A stretch of 64,000 nt of DNA, from NCBI GenBank assembly GCA_017654855.1, contig CM030333.1:3534001-3598000 (forward strand). The letters are read 5' to 3'. The first letter of the stretch is position 1, and the number at the start of each line of letters is the position of its first letter. Both the position numbers and the translations under genes were made by a program. The stretch comes from Podospora anserina (lineage: Eukaryota). Below the pieces are notes generated by a model. That model was given only the letters and a program-made list of their open reading frames with translations. It searched no databases and was not told where the DNA came from. This document shows positions 25,201 through 35,824 of this stretch, piece after piece.

Positions 25201-25818
25201 ATGGCCAACTCTATGACCAGACACGACAGCGGCAACAACGCCACCTGGACCAAGATCATCGTCTCCAAGACGGACTACCGCGACATCATGTGGACCGACC
25301 TCCTCGAGATCGCCGAAGACCACTGGAAGTGGGTCCAGGCCCAACCCGGCGCCTACACCCGCTGGGAGTCCTGCCTCGTCGCCGCCCTCTTCCTCCCCTC
25401 CACCAAAGGCGGCGTCATCTTCTTGTCTACCATCCCCCGGGGGAGCAAGCACACGGAGATGATGAACGGCGCCCGCGCCGCCCCGGCCTGGTTCCACGCC
25501 ACTACGGGGGGCACCAACCGCAACACCAACCTGCAGCTCCATGCCGAGGATGGCGCCGAGTTCCTCTTCGAGACATCACCGTACGCCAGGGGCATCGTCA
25601 GCAGGAACCTCCAGTACGTCACCCCGGATCGCGACAACGCGCACAGCCGCATGAAGCTGGCCGTCTGGGGTCGCCATAAGACCTCGCCTGCCCAAGGCGA
25701 GAGCATCGCGCTGTGCACGGTTAGCGAGAAGCAGCCCAAGTGCCCGGCTGTGGCGCGGGCGCTGAATATTGCCTACTGCGAACGGTACAAGGTACGGTTT
25801 GAGCAGCAGCACAGATAA
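25201..25818 (+). CDS. Orphan protein, putative Zn-dependent deaminase fold
   Basis: Intronless 205-aa ORF, visibly GC-rich with strong C-ending codon bias and a good start context. HAE motif (LHAEDG) and a C-x8-C pair (LCTVSEKQPKC). The CDS is well supported; the function is inferred. Confidence 0.75.
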   Translation: MANSMTRHDSGNNATWTKIIVSKTDYRDIMWTDLLEIAEDHWKWVQAQPGAYTRWESCLVAALFLPSTKGGVIFLSTIPRGSKHTEMMNGARAAPAWFHATTGGTNRNTNLQLHAEDGAEFLFETSPYARGIVSRNLQYVTPDRDNAHSRMKLAVWGRHKTSPAQGESIALCTVSEKQPKCPAVARALNIAYCERYKVRFEQQHR

Positions 25819-26343
25819 GCAGCTTGTTATCCTCCTACCTTGGCAGTGGTAATGGCTTAACGAAGCAGTGGAGAGAAATGGGTGGCAGTCTTTGGAGTTG
25901 GGCGGTAGCATTTTGTTTTTGCTTTTTTGAATTTGGGATAGACGGGATGATAGTATGGTTCTGGATACGAGTCTGGTAATGGTGGGATTATAATGGCTGG
26001 CACCATACAAGTTGGATTAGCTAGATTAGGTAGCTTACTGGATACTCTTAAATATTTGGATAGATATCTGCACATCAGGCGCGCTCTTAGGCCCTCTTCC
26101 AACTTTCACTGGACTTTTGTGCAACACCACGTTTCTGGATTTAGTGACTGAGTTGAGCCTTCGCTTTTGATACTAGAACGTACCTCTCAGTTCTTATTTT
26201 GCTTCAGGTACAGTACAAGGAATCCGCACACTGTGAACATACTTCTTTATTTCTTAACTTTCATATTATCAAACATTTCGGGAGATTCCTAAAGGCCTTA
26301 GAAACAAGTCACACAAATACTAGTGACAGAGTGAGAGACAGAT

Positions 26344-26451
26344 AAAAGAAAAGAAAAGGGAAAAAGGTGAAGAGAAAGAGAAAAAAAGAGAGAAAAAAAG
26401 AGAGAAAAAAAGAGAGAAAAAAAAAGAGAGAGAGAAAAAAAAGGAAAAGAA
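26344..26451 (+). repeat. Polypurine tract with imperfect (GAGAGAAAAAAA)n units
   Basis: About 108 nt with a single pyrimidine; 26369-26451 is purine-only. Confidence 0.9.
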
Positions 26452-26927
26452 CATCACCCTCAAACAGAAACAATCCATCATCAAAACTCCTCACAAATAG
26501 ACATCTGCCGAAAGGCCTATTTCAAAGTTTGAACCACGCTTCAGAGACCTTTTCATTTCCGGTAAAATCTTTGTGTCTCGCTATATGTGCAATGGGTGCT
26601 ATCATGACTTTTGCCCTACTAGACTCTTTTCCCTACCCACTTGACCACACGACCATGTGCTGAAACAATATCTCGGTGAAGTCAAAACAAGAAGTCTATG
26701 AGATCAAGGATATTGCGACCTGTATTTCAGGACACCCATTCTCAACCTGGTCTGGCGATGGAGTTTGCAAAGTGCATATGCGTGTGGATAGGTATATAGG
26801 TAAGATACCTTACGGAAAGAGCTTTTCTAGCAGGTAAAATTATGCGAGTATGCAAATAGTTTGTAAAAATATACTATGCTTAGTTCCCGCCCACAGCACA
26901 AAAATATCCACCTCCTCTCACTCCCAC

Positions 26928-29726
26928 TTAAACAGGCGGCACCCTCCCCCCCTCACAAACCCCCGTATCCGTATAACAAGCCGTAAACAACCTATCGCTC
27001 GCCTCCCCAATCCAAACCGTATACCTCTTCCCCCCAACCCCCGGCACAACCCAGTTCTGCAGCTCCGTGTCCCACACGCTCAAGTCCTTCCTGGTCAGCT
27101 CAACCGTCACCGTCTCCTCCTCCCCCGGAGCCAAAACCCTCGTCTTCTCAAAGTCCCTCAGCTGCACAACAGGCGTATCATACGGGATCCCCTCAGGATA
27201 CTGAACATAAGCCTGCACCGAAGCCCGTCCCGAGAACGTATCCCCAGTGTTCTTGACCGTAACTGGGACACGGAAAGCAATATCCCAAAGCGCAGGATTA
27301 CCCCCCTCCCCGCCACCGGCTGCGGGACCGGGCTTCTGGGCGGTGCTGTACCCAGCGGGATAGTTATACTTCTTCACCCCGGCGATACCAACAGCGTAGG
27401 CGTTATCCGCGTCGTTCTTGTTGAGCCAGGAGTAGAGGTACCGCCAGATCCTGTTGAACCCTTCCGGCCAGTACGCCTCTGAGGCGGGGGGGATTTCGGT
27501 CGAGTACACCGGCGTTGAGCCTTTGGGGGCACGGGCAGGAGGAACCAGAGACAGTGGAGTGACAGACTCGATGGTGGCATCAAACGAGAAGTTGGTGTAG
27601 CTGAGACCGTGGCCAAAAGCAAAGCGGGGCCTGATCTTCTCCTTGTTGAGCCAGCGGTAGTCAATGTACAGGCCCTCGCTGTACGTGTCCTGGACCTGAC
27701 CAAAGGCAAAGCCACGGAGGTTGGCGATGCTGTCGGGGAAGTCGTTGGCGCGCTTGGTGATGGAGTAGGGAAGGTGACCGCTAGGGGAGACATCGCCAAA
27801 GAGAATGTTGGCCAACGACTCGCCCGCTTCTTGACCGGGAAGGTGCTGAAACAGGACGCCCTTGACGCGAGGGTTGTCGATCCAGGATTCGAGATCGAGA
27901 GGGCCGACGGTTTGAGCTACCACAATAACGTTGTTGTACTTCTCGGCAGTCTTCCTGACCAGCTCGTCACCGTTATGCCACGCAGCCAGCTTGGCACTGT
28001 TGCGATCACCGTTGTTGCCCTCAACAGTGAACGAGTTCTCTCCAGCATCGGAGGTGATGAACACGATGGCAACGTCATCGGGCGACGGTGTAGGGTGGAA
28101 CCAAGGGAAGCCGTCGGTGTTGAAGAACTTGACGTCGGGAACCCGCTTCCTGATAGCCGAGATCGGGTCATCCAAGTAAGGATAATCGGCAACACCAGAA
28201 CCCCAGCCCATGCCAAGTGTTCCTTTGTTGCAGGCGCGGTTCATGCAAGCGTTGGGCCCATCGGGGTTGACCTGGGCAGCAGTACCGAAGACATGGAGAG
28301 ACTGCGAAGTCGTCAGGGGAAGGAAGCTCCCATTGTTCTTGAGAAGGGTGATGGCATCCTGGGCGACCTCTCTGGCGATCAAATAATGATCAGCCTGAAC
28401 ATTGACAAACCAGTTCACCTGACCCTTGGGGGAGAAGAGAGCTGCAGGATAAAGCAGACCGTCACGGTCACGGGTGTTTGACGAGAAGTTAGGCCTTGGG
28501 TGGTCCCTATCCTGACCGAACTTGTACCATGTCGCGACGATTCTGGTGACCATGTCGTTCAGTCTGTCAAGAGGCACAGACCCGTTGAGAACCGATCTGC
28601 TGAGCTCATAGTGCCAGTTGCTGAAACCAAATAGGGGAATGTTGGTGTCACCTGGCATGTTCATGTCGAGACCTGCCAACGCGGAGTCGACTCCGGAGAT
28701 GTGGGACAGCCAGTCAGACATGACGAAGCCCTGGAATCCAAGCTCATCCTTCAAAATACCGTTGATGAGATAGCTGTGCTGAGAGCAAGCAGACCCGTTT
28801 ACAGCATTGTAAGCTGTCATTGCCGACCCAACACCGGCATGGACGGATTCGGCAAAGGGCCACAGGTAGAGCTCGTGCAGAGTCCGATCATCTGTGGGGA
28901 GTCAGCCTTTTAGTCCGTCAAAGAGCAAGAGTCCACTCACCAATATTGGCGCTATATCCAGGCTGGAAGGGGTTGTACATTCTATACATCTCCTGCTCGT
29001 TGCCGATCAGATGCTTGATAGTAGCAATGATGCCTTGTTCCTGAACGCCCTTGATCGTCAGGGCAGCAGCCTTGGCTTGAAGAACTGGGTCAGATCCAAA
29101 GCCCTCCCAGTTGCGGCCACCCAAAGGCTTCCGCCCAAGAGGGCCTACGGAAGGACCCAGATAGACATTTGTGCCCTTGCCGCGATGCTCTTCACCAATA
29201 GCAACACCACGAGCATAGATCAGCTTCTTGTCAAACGTTGCACCAGTGGTGATGCCAGCAGGAAACGCAGTGACGTTGTCAGCTGACGACACACCTAACG
29301 CAGAGTCCTGAAGACACATGCGCGGGAACCCCAATCTTTCTGCGCTTCCAGTATTTCCTACGCATGGACTAGCGTATCATGTGTTAGTCAAAATCAGAAA
29401 AACGTCTCATTAGGGTGGTGGCACTGACCCTATTCACATGTCAGTCAGTCTCTTGTGCTTTTATATAAGCCATGTCTGGTTAATAACTCACCCATAAAGA
29501 TGCCAATGCCTGAGGTGATGTTGGTCTTTTCAGCCAAGGTCATCTGCGAGACCAAGGCTTCGGCCTTGCTGTAAGCCTCTTCCCACGAAGCGACCCATCC
29601 TCCATGAGGCGCTGGATAGTATGGGGCAGCGACGAATCCAGGCGGAACAGGATCTCGAGGCGTCACGACGCTGGCGGCAAGAGAGGTGGAGGCGAAGGCG
29701 CCCAAGACTAATGAGCGGTATGCCAT
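26928..29726 (-). CDS. Secreted GH3 beta-glucosidase
   Basis: Signal peptide, [40 protein letters not shown], catalytic GFVMSDW, C-terminal Fn3-like region (QLRDFEK). Three introns, two of them adjacent (see findings). Confidence 0.96.
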
Positions 29727-31959
29727 GTTGAGTATCTACGCCGGTGAAGCCCTCGCGACGGGATATCGAGCACAGACGGCGCACGTATTCCAAGCTCCGG
29801 GTTCTGGGACCTGAACCTAGGAGGCTTGAACCGAAACGACAGATGCAAGCTTGCGGGGTTGGCAAAGCAGAGCAAGCTGGCCGGCGCGCCTCCCGACCTG
29901 GTGGTTATTAATGCACTTCATGTCTCGGACGACTCCTCTTTGACGTTACCTTCCCCAAGGTCAGTCGTCCAAGATGGGGGTATTGGGCGCCACAAACACA
30001 TGGCACCCAAGGAAACACTCTGTAGCATGGTGGAGGCTGAACCAAATAACGATGGTCAATACAAGCGGGCATAAACCGCTTTGAGATTACGGTGTAACCG
30101 TCTTTCCCTCGATCAGGGAATCGTCGACGCGTTGGAGCGCTCTCATTCGTCCGCGTAGCCATCGCGACCCAGAGATCAGCCTCATAGGAGCAGCCAGCAG
30201 CAGGCATCACATTGATGATCACATCCTTCTCGAGGCCTGCATAATCGGTTCCTGAACATCCCTCTTTGCTGAAATATTGTCTTGGGCACTCATTTTCCAC
30301 CCTCACCGGCATCGTAAGGTAACGTCAGGCAGCATAAAGTATGGGGGAGGTAGCTGAACTGGAGCAAGACTGAGGCGGGGAACCTTGCCCGGCCCGCCGT
30401 CCTGCGGGAGTGACGTCGTCAAAAGGCCCGTTAAAGGCGGGAGAGTCGCATCCCCAGATCAGGTGGTTGCCATCTGCAGGTCCAACAAGGCAGGTTTGGG
30501 GAAGAGCCCCGGCCAGAAACTCCAGGTGGGTGATCAGATCATAAGCATGTGCTTCTTGTTGATATGCTCCCGCGTATATGACCATGTCCAACGGTCCGCG
30601 TATCGTGGGGTACCAAGGTGAGCCAGAGACGATTCAGATTGTTCGGATGGGCGCGATGCAACGTCGAGGCGGATTAATCCGTCGAGCGAGTGAATTCTCC
30701 CGAAGCAGTCGGCTGTGGTAAGCGATGCTTGGCCAGGTAGGTCTGTGGGTCTGAGGGTCCGCATGACTTGGTCTGTTTTCTTTGGAATGTTTTGGCGTGG
30801 TTTGGGGTGAAGATGTGTGAAGATGCTCCCAAGAACACGGGGCGCAGAATGGCAGGTGTTTTCTTCCTGTCCTTTTCTCTGCAAGCGATGTCTTCGGCTG
30901 GGTCTTGGCTCTTGCCGGAAACCTTCCCCCACACGGCCCCCCCTAGAAGATGGAACTATTCCTCACAGGAACTCGTAAAACAAGAGCCAACAACTCTCGC
31001 TGCATCTCCTTCTCTTGTCTTTTGTTTTGGCAGTTGTCTTTTGGAAAGCACCTCGTCGTCTGTTATCGCCTCGCCGGAGTCGCCAACCATCCCATGTAAC
31101 GCAAGACGGACGGTCTGTGCGGCAACAAGGCCTGGGCTCAGCGAGCCGTCGCCGTTTAAGCGCCCTATCGGTTCCTGAATATCTTCAGTGCGCACGGTCG
31201 CCATGACGCTATTCAGGGCATGAAACCACACGGGGAGCATGGCACAGCCCGCATATCGCGTGCAGGTGGACGCGGGTCCGCAGAAATTAATTTGTTCTTC
31301 AACCATTCTTCTTGCCTTCCAGTTCCTTGGCGATTTCCATTCCCGCGGCCAGTCCTCAATGCTAACCTGGGTCGCAGCGTAACACGTTCCCAATCATGGC
31401 TCATCCGTGGTTCACGGCATCTCGCCTGTTTTCCTCCATGATCGCCGTCGAATATTGCTTCATGGAACATGTGTATGGATATTCTGGAGAAAACTATCAG
31501 TACTATCGATTACAAATCCTCTTGTTCTCCGCTTGCCATATCGTGATTTGGTAGGGGGCTCACCTGGATAGGAAGTTCCACGGTTCAAACGGCCATCTCC
31601 CCACCACCGATTCTAGCCTGTAGCCGGCGTTGCCCTCCCTTTTCGGTGAGCACGGCGGGGCAGAGAGACGGATATTGATCACCACCGTTCCTGAACTTAT
31701 CGCTAGTCTTACTCGGCTATCTTGTGCTTATCCTAACCCCCTTGCGTGATGCGAACCCTTGTGGGGGGCAATGAGACATCCCCCCCTTCTCAGGATGTAT
31801 TCCCCCTGCCCGGGAGGGCTGGCATTGTTGTTGTATGAATAGTATATAACAGCAGGGCGCATCGTGGTATTACCCCAGATATTCGTCCCAACCATCCCAG
31901 GCCTCTGTCTCTCTTTTGTATTCTTGGCCCTATCAACCTTCCTTTAGTTTCCAAGCATC

Positions 31960-33077
31960 ATGAAGGCCTCCCTGTTTACCAGCCTATCCGTGGCTGCCCT
32001 TGCCCTTGCGGTGCCCCAGAAGCGGAGTGAGTCAATCATGCATCCACACATACAATTCAGTGAGCTATCCTGACCAACTCCTGATAGGTGTTCCCACCGC
32101 TGCTGAGCTGGCTAGGTTCAAAGTCTTTGCCGAGTATCAGGCTGCTGCGTTTTGCATGACCGAGGGCCAGCCTGCCGGCACCCAGGTCGCCTGTCTTGAG
32201 GGCCAGTGCAACACCCTGACATCGCGCAATGTTACCGTCCACTCATCTTCCTTCACCGGCACCATCTTGGATACTCGAGGCTTTGTCTCTGTTGACCCCG
32301 TAGCCAAGGAGATTGTCTTGACCTTCAGGGGCACCGTTTCCATCAGAAACTGGGTGGCAGAGTACGTCTTATCCACTTGTCTCTGTGTACCAACATCAGA
32401 TCATCTAACACCCAAGCAGCTTCATCTTTGTCCAAGTCCCTTGCGACTACGCCTTTGGCTGCCTCGTCCACACCGGCTTCCTCGCCTCCTGGGCCGAAGT
32501 CAAGAGCCGTGCCATGGCCGCGGTCACCGCCGCCAGACAGGCCCACCCGACCTTCAAGGTCACCGTCACCGGTTACTCCCTCGGCGCCGCCGTCGGCACC
32601 ATCGCCGCTGCCGACATCCGCAGGAGCCTCAAGATCCCCGTTGATCTCATCACCTTTGGCTCTCCCCGCGTGGGAAACAATGCGTTTGCCAAGTTCGTCA
32701 CTGCTGGGGCTGGTAGCGAGTACCGCCTCACCCACGCCAACGACCCGATTGCCCGTCTCCCGCCCATCATCTTCAACTACAGACACACCAGCCCTGAGTA
32801 CTGGTTTGATGAGGGAGCCGATGGTGTTGTGACTCTCGATGAGGTCCAGGTCTGCGAGGGGCATGCCAACATCCAGTGCAATGGTGGGACGGGAGACTTC
32901 AACATGGATGTGCATGGCTGGTATTTCCAGAGGTTCACCGGCTGTGCGCCCACGGAACAGCCTTTCAAGGCCCGTAGCACGCCCATCAGTGATGCGGAGC
33001 TTGCGAAGATTGTGAACGAGTGGGTGAAGGAGGACAAGGTGTTGGCCAAGAACTTGGAGCTGAGTGGTGAGGCGTAA
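31960..33077 (+). CDS. Secreted class 3 lipase/esterase
   Basis: Signal peptide MKASLFTSLSVAALALAV, IVLTFRGTVSIRNW, HTGF, nucleophile elbow TGYSLG, TFGSPRVGN, NDPIARLPP, HGWYF. Introns about 32027-32087 and 32362-32419. Confidence 0.92.
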
Positions 33078-33267
33078 ATATCTGGTGGCGAGGGAGTGCG
33101 TGTATGATACCCTATGATCTTGGATATGAATCATGATAATATTGGAAGATTTGCAGTCTCGGGGAACTGAACCGGGTCCTTGGGTCTGGGTGCCATGTTT
33201 CATGCTGTGTGACGATGGATGGTTTAATGTGGGGTGATCAAATATGTGGTGGTCCGTCTCGGGATAT

Positions 33268-35250
33268 CTATGCCAGCCATATATCTTGAAACTCTGAATC
33301 ATCCTCCATCGCCTCGCCGTCCATTATACTGTAAACGTAAGCTGCTCCAACCATATGATGCACAACATCTCCTCCCTTCTGCGTCACAGGCCTGATAACA
33401 AACGGCACATGCGCACCGGGGAATATCACAACTTGGTCACCGACCTGGACGTCCTGCAGCGTGGTCCCCGGCCTTCCCGTGCTGTCAACAAACGAACGCT
33501 GTCTTTGGACCTTGCAAGCACCGAGATACATGAATAGGTCATTGGGTAGCTCTGTTTGCTCCTCGTCATCTACATCGGACCAAGACTGTTTCTTGCCTGT
33601 CAATATCAAGGTTTCAAACCCGGCGAGAAATACTTCTCCCCAAAGGCCATCGTCCGCTCGGGCCGTCCCGTCCACGTCAGAGTCGAGAACGGGAACCCGC
33701 CAGACGTTCTCGAGAGTCGAGGTTAGGAATTCCGAGTTACCTGCGAGAGAAGCTCGGTACGTCTCGAGCATATCGATGAGTTCAAACAGCCATTTTGTCA
33801 CAACTGCGTACCACTCTGCCGAATACTTCTGGACGGTCATGTCGACCAAGGTCTTCCCAACGTTGGCAACTCGGCCAACTATCCGCCCGGGAAGAGAAAT
33901 GCGCGGCTCCCCATACGCAGCCTGACCGATTTCGGATCTTGCTGACCATTCCTCCCAACTCGTCCCCTTGGTGGCGTGATATAGGTTGTTTATAGGATGC
34001 CGATCCTCGACTTTGACTGCAAGGGCGGTGAGGAACTCAGATGTCTGGTCAATGACCCATGATGGGATCGCAGCAGGGTGATGCTTGACGCTGAACAGTC
34101 TTTGGTAGCTGCTTAAAATGTTTGGGCCGTACTTCATCAGCAAGACCTTGCTCACGTCGAAAGACGCTCTTTCCATGGTGTTGGTGCTTGAGTAATCAAC
34201 CGGGATTTTGCAGCGATCCTCGGGTTGCACCATCCCCAGGATGCCGTATATCATGTCCCTCTCGTCGGTAGCGGCAACCGTGTTGGACTGGAAGGTCACC
34301 TCCAGAGCCTCGAAAAGGGAAAGTCCGGCCTCTCCTACGCCTCGTTCCTGGGCATTGATCAGGCTGGCCTCGTATTTCGTACTCGCCGCCTCGAGATGGC
34401 CAAAGATCCCGATGATGATGTTCACGGCATTGGCCAGGTTAGAATATTTGTCGTCCCCGATGCGCAGTACTCGGTGCGACACCGCCAGCAAGACAGACCA
34501 GATGTCTTTGACGTCTTCCCAGAGCACGAATTCATTCCCACAGAGAACCATCGCCGCCTTGGCGAGCACAACCTCCTGAACGACCCACACGCGATGCCAC
34601 CACGGCCGGTCGAAGAATAATTTCCACAGAGCTTCAAAGTCGAGTCGACCATCTTCATCACCACCACTGTCGGCGAGCTCGACCACCTCCTCTCCCAAGC
34701 GGGCCATTCGCTCCTCGAACTGGAGGTCCTCCCGGTCAGTGATGGTCTCAATATTGATGTACCCTTCATCGGTCGAGTCCCGGTACATAGCCGCCAGTGT
34801 CCTGATTGTCTGGAACGCGCCCCCGTCCGGCTCGGGCCCGAGCCAGATCAGCACATTCTTTGCAAGAGAGTACACCGAGCTCATGAGCCGAACCTGCACG
34901 GCCTTTTCGTCGTTGTCGGACTGGTTGATGCAGATGGCGTCGATCCATATCCGCACCCTCACCTGGGAGGCGTGAAGCTGGGTGAGGGCCGTGAAGAGGT
35001 TTTTGGTGACTTGGAAAACATGACCGTCGAGGATGATGGGCCGGGTGTCATTTGCGTCGCCCCAAACGTAGGAGAGAGCATTGTAGACCGGTGCAGGTTC
35101 GGCATCGAGGAACGCGTGGCTCAAGCTGAGGTTTATGGAGGGTGAGTCGCCTAGATTCTCATGGCTAAGGGGTGGGTTGACAAAGTTGAAAGTGAGAAGG
35201 CGAATCTCGTGTCGGTCGTGGTCAAGGGGCGTATAGGAAAACATGTTCAT
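33268..35250 (-). CDS. HET-domain protein (HET-6-like)
   Basis: EIRLL, YNALSYVWG, IWIDAICINQSDNDEKAVQVRLMSSVYSLA, RPWWHRVWVVQEVVLA, ATDERDMIYGILG, VGAAYVYSIMDGE. Confidence 0.93.
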   Translation of the reverse strand: MNMFSYTPLDHDRHEIRLLTFNFVNPPLSHENLGDSPSINLSLSHAFLDAEPAPVYNALSYVWGDANDTRPIILDGHVFQVTKNLFTALTQLHASQVRVRIWIDAICINQSDNDEKAVQVRLMSSVYSLAKNVLIWLGPEPDGGAFQTIRTLAAMYRDSTDEGYINIETITDREDLQFEERMARLGEEVVELADSGGDEDGRLDFEALWKLFFDRPWWHRVWVVQEVVLAKAAMVLCGNEFVLWEDVKDIWSVLLAVSHRVLRIGDDKYSNLANAVNIIIGIFGHLEAASTKYEASLINAQERGVGEAGLSLFEALEVTFQSNTVAATDERDMIYGILGMVQPEDRCKIPVDYSSTNTMERASFDVSKVLLMKYGPNILSSYQRLFSVKHHPAAIPSWVIDQTSEFLTALAVKVEDRHPINNLYHATKGTSWEEWSARSEIGQAAYGEPRISLPGRIVGRVANVGKTLVDMTVQKYSAEWYAVVTKWLFELIDMLETYRASLAGNSEFLTSTLENVWRVPVLDSDVDGTARADDGLWGEVFLAGFETLILTGKKQSWSDVDDEEQTELPNDLFMYLGACKVQRQRSFVDSTGRPGTTLQDVQVGDQVVIFPGAHVPFVIRPVTQKGGDVVHHMVGAAYVYSIMDGEAMEDDSEFQDIWLA

Positions 35251-35564
35251 TGACAAGTTAGCGAATTGTTCTGAAGGGTATTTCTCATGATTCGCATGAC
35301 ATTACACAAGGCTTCTTTTTGGCTTCAAGAGGGGTTTCATGACGTATACCTGTTGTTTAGGCTATTGTACTACTTGGCATTCATCAGCCATCCCATAGCT
35401 AAACCGGTGCTTGAATGCTTGTCTTGGGGATAGTTCTCACCCACCAATTACAACCGTTCAAAATCACCAACAACACCCCTTTCTGTAGTTGTCAGCACCA
35501 AAAAAGCATCGCAGTACTTCCAATTGGATGGCAGCAGATAGAAAAGGTGAAAAAAGAGCCAAAA

Positions 35565-35683
35565 ACATACAACACCAGGGATTCCCCAGTGGTCACCCAC
35601 CTGAGTACTGGTCTGGCCCTTGGCAGCTTATCTAGGGGAGAGCGGACGGGATCCCGAGTTTTCTGCCAGGTATGGTCGTATGT
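35565..35683 (-). rRNA. Dispersed 5S rRNA gene
   Basis: ACATACGACCATACCTGGCAGAAAACTCGGGATCCCGTCCGCTCTCCCCTAGATAAGC...AGTACTCAGGTGGGTGACCACTGGGGAATCCCTGGTGTTGTATGT, followed by T-runs; AT-rich CATAATAG about 25-30 nt upstream. Confidence 0.96.
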
Positions 35684-35824
35684 GGTAGTTATAGCTAAAA
35701 CTTGCTATTATGAATGGGAGCATGTCCATCAAACTACTTTCCCCTTCTCCCCACTCCCTTCTTGCCTTCCTAGCCAGTTCCCCAGAGCCGATTCTTAACA
35801 TGGGCAGCCAACGTCGAGAAATAC

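Noticed and set aside
32570-32590. Lipase GYSLG in place of the usual GHSLG, as a sign of inactivation
   Set aside because: GxSxG, the Ser nucleophile and the downstream Asp and His motifs are retained.
35565-35683. 5S rDNA as the insertion site or boundary of a Starship or Spok-block-type giant element
   Set aside because: The 5S gene is intact and single. No DUF3435 tyrosine-recombinase captain, Spok-like ORF or terminal repeats are visible in the window.
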